DNA of 64,000 nt from the NCBI GenBank assembly GCA_963792585.1, contig CAWBWI010000006.1:832001-896000 (forward strand), given 5' to 3'. The stretch is from Candidatus Eiseniibacteriota bacterium. GTDB taxonomy: Bacteria; Eisenbacteria; RBG-16-71-46; CAIMUX01; VGJL01. The notes beneath the pieces are model-generated. The model searched no databases, was not told the origin of the DNA, and saw only the letters and a list, made by a program, of their open reading frames with translations. Below are positions 19,100 to 27,772 of the stretch, one piece after another. A program made the position numbers and the translations under genes. How positions within the stretch are numbered: position 1 is the stretch's first letter; each line of letters begins with the position of its first letter.

Positions 19100-19726
19100 A
19101 TGGGGAAGGAACCGAACGCATCCGACTTCGACGATTCGGACGTCACCGAGCGGATTCGCAGGCTCGTGCGCCAGTTACGGATTCTGCACGAGAGGCTCAA
19201 CCGGATCGAGGAGTACGCGTATACCATTCTCGCGCTGCTCGAGGAGTTGGTCCAGGAAGTCGACACGAACCATGTTACGGCTCCCGCGGCCGCCTCGGGG
19301 CGGCCCGGCCGGATGATCCACGACCGGGCTGCGCTCCGTCGCATGGCCGAGTCGGGAGTCGCCTCGGTCAAGATCGAACGCCATGTCGACGGTTCGGCCA
19401 GTGTCCGCATCGACCGAAGCGACCCGTTCGAACTTTCGCCGGTCCTGGCCGACCTGCTCGAGATCCTCAGTCACGACTTCGGACGGATCACGGATGGCAT
19501 GGTTGGCTGGAAGTCCCGCGAGGAAGTTCGGCTTCTTCTGTCGAAGCAGGCGAACCGTGAAATCACCGAACACGCGCTCACCAACTCGATCTATCGACTC
19601 CGGAGCGAGTTGGAGTCGCGCGGCGGAGTGAATCCGTTCCTTCTGCAGACGACCAGGCGCGACGGGATCCGCTTCGCCGTCCTGCGACCGGGGCAATCAA
19701 CGGAATCGAAGGGAATCACCGAGTAA
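19100..19726 (+). CDS. Putative transcriptional regulator with N-terminal coiled coil and C-terminal OmpR-like winged helix
   Basis: AAGGAGG RBS. C-terminus LSPVLADLLEIL...KSREEV...ALTNSIYRLRSEL...LLQTTRRDGIRF matches the Trans_reg_C pattern. Confidence 0.7.
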   Translation: MGKEPNASDFDDSDVTERIRRLVRQLRILHERLNRIEEYAYTILALLEELVQEVDTNHVTAPAAASGRPGRMIHDRAALRRMAESGVASVKIERHVDGSASVRIDRSDPFELSPVLADLLEILSHDFGRITDGMVGWKSREEVRLLLSKQANREITEHALTNSIYRLRSELESRGGVNPFLLQTTRRDGIRFAVLRPGQSTESKGITE

Positions 19727-19737
19727 GGAGGTCTTCC

Positions 19738-20280
19738 ATGGCTCTGATCTGGATGAAGCGCGACACGATGGCCTGGGCGGCCCTGCCTCTCGAAGCCGGG
19801 AGAATCCGTCTCGATACGGATCCGCCCCGTCGTCTGGAGGACGAGGCGATCGGATCCTCAGACGCGGACGGGGTCCTGCTGCTGAGGCAGTCGGGGGAGG
19901 ATGGAACCGTCTGGATCCTCCTTGCCGACACGAGGTGGAACGTGCGCGTCAACGGGCTCCCCCTGCCCGCCGGAATTCGGGCCCTCGCGGACCGCGACGA
20001 GATCCGGATCGGGGGCATGGAGTCCTGGTACTTCTCGACCGAGGAGTCACCACAGGTCGTCCCATTCCCGGAGGGCGGCGCGAATATCCACTGCCCTCGC
20101 TGCACGTTGGAGATTCAACCCGGGCGGCCGGCCGTCCGCTGCCCGAACTGCGCGGTCTGGCACCACCAAGATCCGGACAGGAAACTCCCCTGCTGGACCT
20201 ACGGGGAACGCTGCGGCGGGTGCGATCTGCAGGAAACCTCTTCCGAGGCGGAGTTCCGGTGGACTCCGTGCGGGTTGTGA
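19738..20280 (+). CDS. FHA-like domain plus prokaryotic RING finger, putative E3 ligase
   Basis: TAAGGAGG RBS. VRVNGLPL...LADRDEIRIG is the C-terminal half of an FHA domain. CPRC-x12-CPNC-x3-HH...CW-x5-CGGC resembles Prok-RING_1. Confidence 0.7.
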   Translation: MALIWMKRDTMAWAALPLEAGRIRLDTDPPRRLEDEAIGSSDADGVLLLRQSGEDGTVWILLADTRWNVRVNGLPLPAGIRALADRDEIRIGGMESWYFSTEESPQVVPFPEGGANIHCPRCTLEIQPGRPAVRCPNCAVWHHQDPDRKLPCWTYGERCGGCDLQETSSEAEFRWTPCGL

Positions 20281-21389
20281 AACGCGTGGTGATCGTCGGG
20301 GCCGGCAACATCGGCTCGCACCTGGCGCCCATGATCGCCCGAATTGCCGAAGTCGGGCGGATCCTGGTGATCGATAGGGATCGATACGAGGGGAAGAACC
20401 TGACCGGGCAATCGATCACGGCCGCCGAGGTGGGTGGCGCGAAAGCGCGCGTGCAGGCGGCCGCGCTCCGCCGGATCTCTCCGGAGATCGAGGTTTCGTC
20501 GTTCGTCGGGGAGTTCGAGCACGTCCCCCTGGGATGGCTGCGCAGCGAGTTGATCCTTGGCTGCCTCGATTCGCGGCGCGGGAGGCAGAGCGTGAACGAA
20601 GCAGCCTTCCACCTCGGCATCCCATGGATCGACGGCGGCGTTCATCCCGACGGCCTCCTCGCGCGGGTGAACGTCTACCTCCCCGGCGCGGATCGTCCCT
20701 GCCTCGAGTGCGCCTGGGATGAGAACGACTACAGGAACATCGAGCAGGAGTATCCGTGCGAATCGGGCAAGGCCGGCGCGGTTCCATCGCCTCCCTCGAC
20801 TCAGGCGACGAATGCCCCTGCCGCCCTCGGCGCTCTGGCGGCCGCCTTGCAGGCGATCGAGGCCGGGAAGATCCTGACGGGTCGCGATGACCTCGTCGTG
20901 GGGGGTCGGCAGATCCAGATCGACGCCTCCCACCATACCCATTACGTGACGGCGTTTCGCCGAAACCACGCCTGCCGCTTCGGCGACCACGCCCCATGGA
21001 CGTTGATCGACCTCCCATCGGCCCCATCGAAGCTGAGGCTGCGCGACCTGGCGGCTCGTCTCCCCGGCAGTCCGGAGCCCCGCGATTGCGCGTTCTCGAT
21101 CGAGGGCCGGTCGTTCGCCCGCGCCCTGACATGTTCCGGGTGCGGTCGAAGGCGCGCCGTACTGCGCTTGGCGAAACTCCCGCCGGGTGGAGAAGGTCTC
21201 TGCCGGTCCTGCGGCGGTCGCATCGTGATCACCGGCGTCGACCGTCTCGATTGCATGGAGGGGAGCGAATTGCCCGCAAGAGATCTCGATCGCCCGCTCG
21301 GCGCGATCGGCGTCCGACCCGGCGACATCGTGCGCGCGGTTGCGGGAGAGGCGACTGCGCGCTTCGTGATCGGCGGAGATTCGGGGTGA
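20277..21389 (+). CDS. ThiF/E1-family ubiquitin-like activating enzyme with C-terminal zinc ribbon and possible ubiquitin-fold domain
   Basis: GTG start overlaps the upstream stop (GTGA). VIVGAGNIGS, DRDRYEGKNL, GCLDSRRGRQSVN, PWIDGG, PCLEC, candidate catalytic Cys in YPCE, then CSGC/CRSC. Confidence 0.85.
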   Translation: MKRVVIVGAGNIGSHLAPMIARIAEVGRILVIDRDRYEGKNLTGQSITAAEVGGAKARVQAAALRRISPEIEVSSFVGEFEHVPLGWLRSELILGCLDSRRGRQSVNEAAFHLGIPWIDGGVHPDGLLARVNVYLPGADRPCLECAWDENDYRNIEQEYPCESGKAGAVPSPPSTQATNAPAALGALAAALQAIEAGKILTGRDDLVVGGRQIQIDASHHTHYVTAFRRNHACRFGDHAPWTLIDLPSAPSKLRLRDLAARLPGSPEPRDCAFSIEGRSFARALTCSGCGRRRAVLRLAKLPPGGEGLCRSCGGRIVITGVDRLDCMEGSELPARDLDRPLGAIGVRPGDIVRAVAGEATARFVIGGDSG

Positions 21390-21522
21390 CGGAAGATAGA
21401 CCCGGGCGCGAAGCGATTGCGCTCGGACCTGTTGCATTCGGACGACACGTGATTTCCCGGCGCGAAACCGGAACGGGGGCCGAGCCGTGAAATCATGAGG
21501 TCGCGTCCAAGGAGGGGACCAA

Positions 21523-22047
21523 ATGGAAGACCGGATCTATGAAGCGTTCCTCGAAGAGCAGTTCGTCAGGGGAATGGAGCTCGCGCGCGCGAGCGACTTC
21601 CTCGAACTCGTTCCGGTGCACGGTGCGCCTCCGTCGATTTACGTCGCCACGTTCCATTCGAAGGGGCTCCTCCGCGCCCCGGATGGCGAGATCGTCGAGG
21701 GCGATCTCTTCGAGGTCGGCATCCGCTTGCCTCCCGAATACCTCCGTCGGGTCCATCCAGCCGAGATTCTGACCTGGCTCGGGCCTCCCACCATATTCCA
21801 TCCAAACGTGTCGTCTCCGTTCGTCTGCGTCGGCCGCATCGTGCCGGGCACGCCTCTCGTCGACATCCTCTACCAGGTCTTCGAGTTGATCGGCGGGACC
21901 AAGATCACGATGAACGAGGCGGACGCGCTCAACTTCGCCGCCTGTCAGTGGGCGCGGGCGCATCCGGAACGATTTCCGGTCGAGCGAAGACCTCTCAAGC
22001 GCCGCGCGATCCGCGTCGAGGCGCAGCCGGTGTCGGAGGCGTCATGA
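21523..22047 (+). CDS. UBC-fold E2 ubiquitin-like conjugating enzyme
   Basis: AAGGAGG RBS. F.V.I.LPPEY, then TIFHPNVSSPFVCVG (HPN motif plus catalytic Cys), then MNEADALNFAACQW, which matches the UBC C-terminal helix motif. Confidence 0.85.
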   Translation: MEDRIYEAFLEEQFVRGMELARASDFLELVPVHGAPPSIYVATFHSKGLLRAPDGEIVEGDLFEVGIRLPPEYLRRVHPAEILTWLGPPTIFHPNVSSPFVCVGRIVPGTPLVDILYQVFELIGGTKITMNEADALNFAACQWARAHPERFPVERRPLKRRAIRVEAQPVSEAS

Positions 22048-22952
22048 ACCGCTCATGGGAACGCCAGGAGACCGGAATCGCCCGCGCGATCCGGAAATCG
22101 GGCGCGGCATTTGCGAGGCCGGCGCCCGGCCGCTGGGAGCTCCACCTGTCGAACGGACATGCATTCAGCGTCGGCGCCGTCCTCGACACCGGCTGGCTCG
22201 TCCTCGAATCGCCGCTGCCCCGCTCGATGAGGATCCCGCCCGCGCCCGACTTGCTCTGCTCCAATGCCCACCTCCCGGGGCTGGCCAAGTTCGCCGACCG
22301 CGCATGCGGTAGGACCGTGAGCATCCAGGCGGAAATTCCGATCGGAGACGGGATCGACCTTGCCGCGCGGCTTCACGAGACTTTGAACGGCTTCTCTCGC
22401 GGCCATGCGATCGCCTCCGGGAAACCGATTCCGTACGGGGAGGCGTTCGGCGCGCCGGCGGACGACGCCCGAGCCTCTGCGGACCTCGCCGGCGGGGAAG
22501 CACTGGTGGCGCCCCGAGCGCTCGTTGCAGCGCTCCGGTCGGTCGGGTGGCCATACCTCGAACGCATCGACGGTTCGATCAGCGTGGAGCTGGAATCCGA
22601 TCACGGCTACCACCAGGCGCACCTCACGGCGGATCCGGAAGGGGCCTTCGCCGCGCGCGTCGGAGTGGCCGACTGGCGCGGCGCGTCGCCTCCCTCCCGG
22701 GAGGCCGCCGCATCCCTGCTGCTCGCGGCCAACAACGGTATGCGCATGGCCCGGGCCGTGGCGGTGGAGCAGGAAGAGCGCTGGGCGGGCCGATTCGAAG
22801 TCCGCCTCGGCAGCTCACCGTGCGACGCGGAGCTGCGTCACGTTCTCGCGGCGCTTTCCGTCGCGTGCCGTCACTGGGCGCGGGAGTTGAGATCACTAGA
22901 ACATCTTTCGACCGCCCAGGCATACCTGGCGGTTCGAGGGGGTCGGTCATGA
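22044..22952 (+). CDS. Hypothetical protein, probably tandem YbjN/T3SS-chaperone-like domains
   Basis: ATGA overlap with the E2 stop. Two similar halves, each with beta-strands followed by LL.xN (LLCSNAHLPGLAKF; LLLAANNGMRMARA) and a terminal helix. Confidence 0.5.
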   Translation: MNRSWERQETGIARAIRKSGAAFARPAPGRWELHLSNGHAFSVGAVLDTGWLVLESPLPRSMRIPPAPDLLCSNAHLPGLAKFADRACGRTVSIQAEIPIGDGIDLAARLHETLNGFSRGHAIASGKPIPYGEAFGAPADDARASADLAGGEALVAPRALVAALRSVGWPYLERIDGSISVELESDHGYHQAHLTADPEGAFAARVGVADWRGASPPSREAAASLLLAANNGMRMARAVAVEQEERWAGRFEVRLGSSPCDAELRHVLAALSVACRHWARELRSLEHLSTAQAYLAVRGGRS

Positions 22953-22994
22953 ACACCCGACTCGGCCGGAGGGAAATCCACACAGGAGGAAACC

Positions 22995-23285
22995 ATGGGA
23001 TCGGATGAGAAGACGGGACTCGCGCTCCTGGTGAGTGACGCGTCTCAGCAGAAGATGGCCAATGTTCGCGACGTGCCGCCCGACGCCAGCATCGGCGAAC
23101 TGGTCCAGGGGCTCCTGGAGTCGTTGAGGCTTCCGAGTCAGGACGCCTCGGGACGTCCCCTGACCTACTGGGCCCGCCTCGACCGGGAGGGGCGCCATGT
23201 CCACGCTTCGGAGCGGGTGGGAGAAGCGCTCCTGCCCGGCGACCACCTGATCTTGAGCCCGAACATCGACGCCGGAGGTTGTTAG
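22995..23285 (+). CDS. Ubiquitin-like beta-grasp protein with C-terminal AGG-C tail
   Basis: 96 aa, AGGAGG RBS; VPPDASIGELVQGLL helix; GDHLILSPNIDAGGC* (gcc gga ggt tgt tag); located between E2 and JAB. Confidence 0.8.
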   Translation: MGSDEKTGLALLVSDASQQKMANVRDVPPDASIGELVQGLLESLRLPSQDASGRPLTYWARLDREGRHVHASERVGEALLPGDHLILSPNIDAGGC

Positions 23286-23364
23286 GAAACCCGCTCGCGC
23301 AGACGCGCCGCAAGCGGCGCGCGCGTGCGGCGGCCGCGGATCACCACGGGGGAGGGACGAATCG

Positions 23365-24396
23365 ATGCTGACCAACCGGTGCCGTTTCGTGCTGCACGTC
23401 TTCCAGGGCGACGGGACGTCCCTCGGGCAATCGCCGGCCGAGATCGACTTCGAGCCGGCCCGTGAATGGACTCGGCTCCGAGCCATCCGACAGGGTTGCA
23501 CGCCCGCCGCCCTGTCCGGCGCGACCGAGTCCATCCTCCCCGTCTGGCACACCGAGATCGGGGAGCCGTATCTCGCGGGCTTTCGGGTCCGCCTCTCATT
23601 CGAGGACGGCGGGGTCACGTGCGCCTTTCCAATCACCTACTTCAAGGAAGCGGGCCAGGACGCCTCCAGGGCATACATGAAACGCGGCCACCTCAAGGAG
23701 GGCGATCGCTTCCTCTTCCTCGTAGCCGCACTTCCGGCGGATCCGACCGCGCGGCCTCGCAGGACCCTCGCGCTGACGACCGAGGAACTCATCCCGCAGC
23801 TGCCGATCCTGGAAACTCCGCTAACGGGCTTCGGCTGCGGCGTCGAATTCGCCGGACCCTCTGCGGACCGCGAGTTTCCCGTCTTCATCCCCCGCACGAT
23901 CCTGCAGGAGGCAGAGGAGCTCTGCCGTGCGGCGGGATCGATCGAGACGGGCGGGATCCTGATCGGCCGTCTCCATCGCGATCCGTCGATCCCGGAGGCC
24001 TTCCTCGAGATCACCGCCCAGATCCCGGCGCGGCATGCGATCGGGGAGAAGGCGAGCCTCACATTTACGCCCGACACCTGGGCGGACGCGCGCGCGGCAA
24101 TCGCCCTGCGCGCCCGCAATGAACTCAACGTCGGGTGGTGGCACTTCCACCCGGTCCGGTCCTGGTGCGATGGGTGCCCGCCGGAGAAAAAGCACGATTG
24201 CACCCTCGCCTGCAGCTTCTTCAGCGAGCAGGACCGGAAGCTTCACCGTGTCGTGTTTCCGGCCGCGTACAGCGTGGCCCTCGTCGTCAACGCCATCAAC
24301 TCGGGATCGATGACACCCTCGCTGTTCGGTTGGCGCGAAGGAACGATCACCGCCAGGGGCTTCTACCGCATCGACGCGCCCGTCACCGTCAACTGA
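23365..24396 (+). CDS. JAB/MPN+ (JAMM) metallo-isopeptidase with N-terminal extension
   Basis: ETGGILIG, VGWWHFHP...FFSEQD (E, HxH, SxxD). A Cys-rich insert lies inside the JAMM motif. Confidence 0.85.
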   Translation: MLTNRCRFVLHVFQGDGTSLGQSPAEIDFEPAREWTRLRAIRQGCTPAALSGATESILPVWHTEIGEPYLAGFRVRLSFEDGGVTCAFPITYFKEAGQDASRAYMKRGHLKEGDRFLFLVAALPADPTARPRRTLALTTEELIPQLPILETPLTGFGCGVEFAGPSADREFPVFIPRTILQEAEELCRAAGSIETGGILIGRLHRDPSIPEAFLEITAQIPARHAIGEKASLTFTPDTWADARAAIALRARNELNVGWWHFHPVRSWCDGCPPEKKHDCTLACSFFSEQDRKLHRVVFPAAYSVALVVNAINSGSMTPSLFGWREGTITARGFYRIDAPVTVN

Positions 24397-24426
24397 GCCA
24401 GTCCAACGGCTGTTCAAGGAGGAAAG

Positions 24427-26130
24427 ATGCCCCGTGCGGCCCGCACCCAGCCCTCGCTTCCGTTTCTTCTGGACATGCTCGTTCACAATGCCGGGGAGGA
24501 GCCGCTGGACGGGCCGTCGTTCCACCACCTCCAGAGCCTGCGCGGTCAGTCGCCGGAGGTGAACCGCGAGATCGACATGATGCTCCTCGATCGCATGCGC
24601 CACCTGCACCGCGGGATGGCGGAGATCCAGGCGAGGCAGGACGAGCTGCGCGCGGTGATCGAGAAGCTGGGGGCTCCCCCCTATCATCCCGCCATCTATC
24701 TGGGGACGACGGAAACGGCCCGCGGCACGCTTGCGGTCGTCCACCACGGCAATGGGCGACGGTTCGTATCGGTGTCCGATTCGTGCGACCTCTCCTCCCT
24801 GTCGAGAGGCGACGGCGTCCTCCTGACCAATGAGCTGAATTGCCTTCTCGAGCGCGCGCCCAACCCTTCGCTCGCATGCGGCGAGACGGCCGTCTTCGAC
24901 CGCCTCGTCTCGGAGGATCGGGCGGTCCTCAAGTCGCGCGACGAAGAGACCGTCGCATGCTTGAGCGGCCCGCTCTCGGAGATCGGGCTGCGCGCGGGCG
25001 ACATCGTGCGGTGGGACCGGGGCGCAGGACTTGCGTTCGAAAAGATTCCGTCATCGAACGAGTCGAGCTTCTTCCTGGAGCACACCCCGCAGGAGACCTT
25101 CGCCGACATCGGCGGGCTGGACGACCGGATCGAGAAGATCTGCACCGTGATCCGACTCCAGATGGAGTCCCCGGATCTGTCGCGAAAGTACCGACTGCCG
25201 CCGAAACGATCGATCCTCCTGGTCGGTCCCCCGGGGACCGGCAAGACCATGCTGGCGCGCGCTTTGGCCAACTGGGTCGCAACGTTGGCTCCGTCGGGGC
25301 GCAGCCGTTTCATGTCGATCAAACCCGGCGAGATGAACTCGATGTGGTACGGCCAATCGGAGGCGATCATCCGTCAGACCTTCCATGCGGCGCGCGAGGC
25401 GGGAGAGACCGATCCCGATGTGCCCGTCGTCCTCTTCTTCGACGAGGTCGACTCGATCGGCGCGGCCCGCGGCGGGGCGCTGGGCCACATCGACGATAAG
25501 GTCCTCGAGGCGTTCATGGTCGAGCTCGAGGGACTCCAGGACCGCGGGAACGTGCTCGTCGTCGCCGCCACGAACCGACGCGACCTGCTCGACAGCGCCC
25601 TGGTGCGGCCCGGACGCCTCGGGGACCTGGAGATTCGCGTTCCGAGGCCGGGGGTCGAGGAAGCGCGGGAAATCCTCCGCAAGTACCTGCGGGACGACAT
25701 GCCGTACGCCGCGAACGGAAACGGCGGCGACCCGGATCTCGAGCGCGCCGCGATCGTCGACGCCACGGTCTCCCGGATCTTCGCCCAGAACGGCGAGAGC
25801 GACGTGGCGACGGTCGTCTTCCGCGACGGGAAGCAGCGCACCGTCCAGATGAAGGACATCGTCAGCGGGGCGATGATCAAGAAGCTCGCACGGGACGCCT
25901 CGGAGGCCGCGTGCATCCGCGAGGGTTCCACCGGCGAGGCGGGGATCCGTCTCGAGGACATGCTGACCACACTCACGGCCGAAATGGAGATGGCCGCGCT
26001 CTCCCTGACCCCGGCCAATTGCCGGAGCCAGTTGGAGAACCTCCCTCAGGATGTCGACGTCGTACGGGTCGATCCGGTCCGCCGCCGCGTCGCAGGCCCG
26101 CACCACTACATCCGTCTACAGGAAGTCTGA
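24427..26130 (+). CDS. arc: ARC/Mpa-like proteasomal AAA+ ATPase
   Basis: N-terminal coiled coil then PPY, OB-like interdomain, FADIGGL, Walker A GPPGTGKT, Walker B VLFFDEVDS, SRH LVRPGRL, ARC-type FRDG...KDIVSGAMI. C-terminus HHYIRLQEV lacks GQYL. Confidence 0.85.
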   Translation: MPRAARTQPSLPFLLDMLVHNAGEEPLDGPSFHHLQSLRGQSPEVNREIDMMLLDRMRHLHRGMAEIQARQDELRAVIEKLGAPPYHPAIYLGTTETARGTLAVVHHGNGRRFVSVSDSCDLSSLSRGDGVLLTNELNCLLERAPNPSLACGETAVFDRLVSEDRAVLKSRDEETVACLSGPLSEIGLRAGDIVRWDRGAGLAFEKIPSSNESSFFLEHTPQETFADIGGLDDRIEKICTVIRLQMESPDLSRKYRLPPKRSILLVGPPGTGKTMLARALANWVATLAPSGRSRFMSIKPGEMNSMWYGQSEAIIRQTFHAAREAGETDPDVPVVLFFDEVDSIGAARGGALGHIDDKVLEAFMVELEGLQDRGNVLVVAATNRRDLLDSALVRPGRLGDLEIRVPRPGVEEAREILRKYLRDDMPYAANGNGGDPDLERAAIVDATVSRIFAQNGESDVATVVFRDGKQRTVQMKDIVSGAMIKKLARDASEAACIREGSTGEAGIRLEDMLTTLTAEMEMAALSLTPANCRSQLENLPQDVDVVRVDPVRRRVAGPHHYIRLQEV

Positions 26131-26131
26131 C

Positions 26132-27772
26132 ATGAGGAGACAGGGAAGACGTCGGAGGCGTGTGAACTCGTCGAACTTCGGTCCGCAGATCCCAAAACTG
26201 TGTGGGGCGGACGTCGAGCTGGGCAATTTCGTGCTCGGCGTTGGGGCCGGCGATGACACATGCGCGGAGGCGGCCCATGCGCTTCTCTACCGGATCGAGG
26301 GATTGCCGCGACGACGGTGGTACCAGCAACAGGCGCTCGCCTACACGGACTCCATGGGGGTGCTGCACATCACCCCCGGCCGAACCAATCCGCAGGACTG
26401 GGGACGGCGGTACCTCTCCTCGAACGGGGGTTGCGTCTACATCGATCTGAATCACCTGGAGATCTGTCTCCCCGAGGTCCGGAGCGCCTGGGATCACGTA
26501 GCCGCCTGGCACGCGATGCTCCGGATCGCCCGCGCGGCGCAAGAGGCCACGATCGCACACCGCTCGTCCGAACGCCGGATCCAGGTCCTCGCGAACAACA
26601 GCGACGGCCGGGGCAACTCCTATGGGAGCCACCTCGACCTTCTCGTGACGCGGCAGGCCTGGGACAACATCTTCGAGCGCAAGCTCCAGTATCAGCTCTT
26701 CCTCGCCGCGCACCAGGTGTCGAGCATCGTGTATGCGGGCGCGGGCAAGGTGGGGAGCGAGAACCGCGCCCCCGACGCGACCTTCCAGCTCTCGCAGCGG
26801 GCCGACTTCTTCGAGCGGATTTGCGGGGTGGAGACGACCTTCAACCGGCCGATCGTCAACTCGCGCGACGAAGCCCTGTGCGGGCGCTCGTCGATCCAAG
26901 AAGAGAACGTCCCGGCCGATCGGATGGCCCGCCTCCACGTGATCTTCTACGACAGCACTCTGAGCCATGTCGCCTCCCTGCTGAAGGTGGGCGCGATGCA
27001 GATCGTCCTGGCGATGATCGAGGCCGAGTGCGTGCCGATCCGGTTCGCGCTGGAGGATCCGCTGCGGGCCCTGCGGGAGTGGAGCCGGGATCCCGCGATG
27101 CGGGTCCGGGCCGAAACCGTCGGCGGGGCTCACCTGACCGCCGTCGAGCTGCAGATGCGGATCGTAGAACAGGCCCGTCGCTTCATCGATCGTGGTGGTT
27201 GCGACGGCATCGTCCCGCGGGCCGAGGAGATCCTCTCCCTCTGGGAGGAGACCCTCACCCTGCTCGAGGCGGGGGACATCGCGACCCTCGCCCCACGCGT
27301 CGACTGGGCGTTGAAGCTCACGGCGCTGACCCGCGCTCTCGACCGCAGGAGGGATCTGGACTGGGGATCCCCGGAAATCAAATACCTCGACCACCTGTAT
27401 TCGAGTCTCGACCCGAACGAGGGGCTCTATTGGGGCTACGAACGCAGTGGGGTCACCCAATCGGTGGTGTCCGAACTCGAGATCGACCGTTTCGTGTCCG
27501 AGCCGCCCGCCGACACGCGCGCATGGAGTCGCGCGCACCTGATGCGCCTCGCTGGTCCCGACCGGATCGACGATGTGGATTGGGACTCGATCCGCTTTCG
27601 TCTGAACGGGGACGGCGCCTGGACACGGCGCCGCACCTTCGAGATGGCCGATCCCCTCGCCTTCACCGAGGCCGAGGCCGCGTCGATCGTCTACAGCGGC
27701 GCCGACCTGGAGACCGTCCTGGATGCACTCGAAGAACTCAATGAAAGGAGCGTGAGCCATGTCACCGGGTGA
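26132..27772 (+). CDS. dop: Dop-like Pup deamidase/depupylase (PafA/Dop family), divergent
   Basis: KLCGADVELG, long W-containing loop, NGGCVYIDLNHLE, NNSDGRGNSYGSH, GAGKVG, FQLSQRADFFE, ETTFNRPIVNSRDE, RLHVI, DWDSI; located between arc and pup. The start could instead be GTG 26162. Confidence 0.75.
   Translation: MRRQGRRRRRVNSSNFGPQIPKLCGADVELGNFVLGVGAGDDTCAEAAHALLYRIEGLPRRRWYQQQALAYTDSMGVLHITPGRTNPQDWGRRYLSSNGGCVYIDLNHLEICLPEVRSAWDHVAAWHAMLRIARAAQEATIAHRSSERRIQVLANNSDGRGNSYGSHLDLLVTRQAWDNIFERKLQYQLFLAAHQVSSIVYAGAGKVGSENRAPDATFQLSQRADFFERICGVETTFNRPIVNSRDEALCGRSSIQEENVPADRMARLHVIFYDSTLSHVASLLKVGAMQIVLAMIEAECVPIRFALEDPLRALREWSRDPAMRVRAETVGGAHLTAVELQMRIVEQARRFIDRGGCDGIVPRAEEILSLWEETLTLLEAGDIATLAPRVDWALKLTALTRALDRRRDLDWGSPEIKYLDHLYSSLDPNEGLYWGYERSGVTQSVVSELEIDRFVSEPPADTRAWSRAHLMRLAGPDRIDDVDWDSIRFRLNGDGAWTRRRTFEMADPLAFTEAEAASIVYSGADLETVLDALEELNERSVSHVTG

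Noticed and set aside
20277..23285. Reading ThiF plus small GG-protein as thiamine/molybdopterin/cysteine sulfur relay
   Set aside because: No biosynthetic genes nearby. An HPN-Cys E2 and a RING-like protein point to protein conjugation.
19738..24396. Calling the locus CBASS (Cap2/Cap3) or a standard Bil system
   Set aside because: No CD-NTase or effector; E1 and E2 are separate; the RING and Pup genes are not part of those systems.
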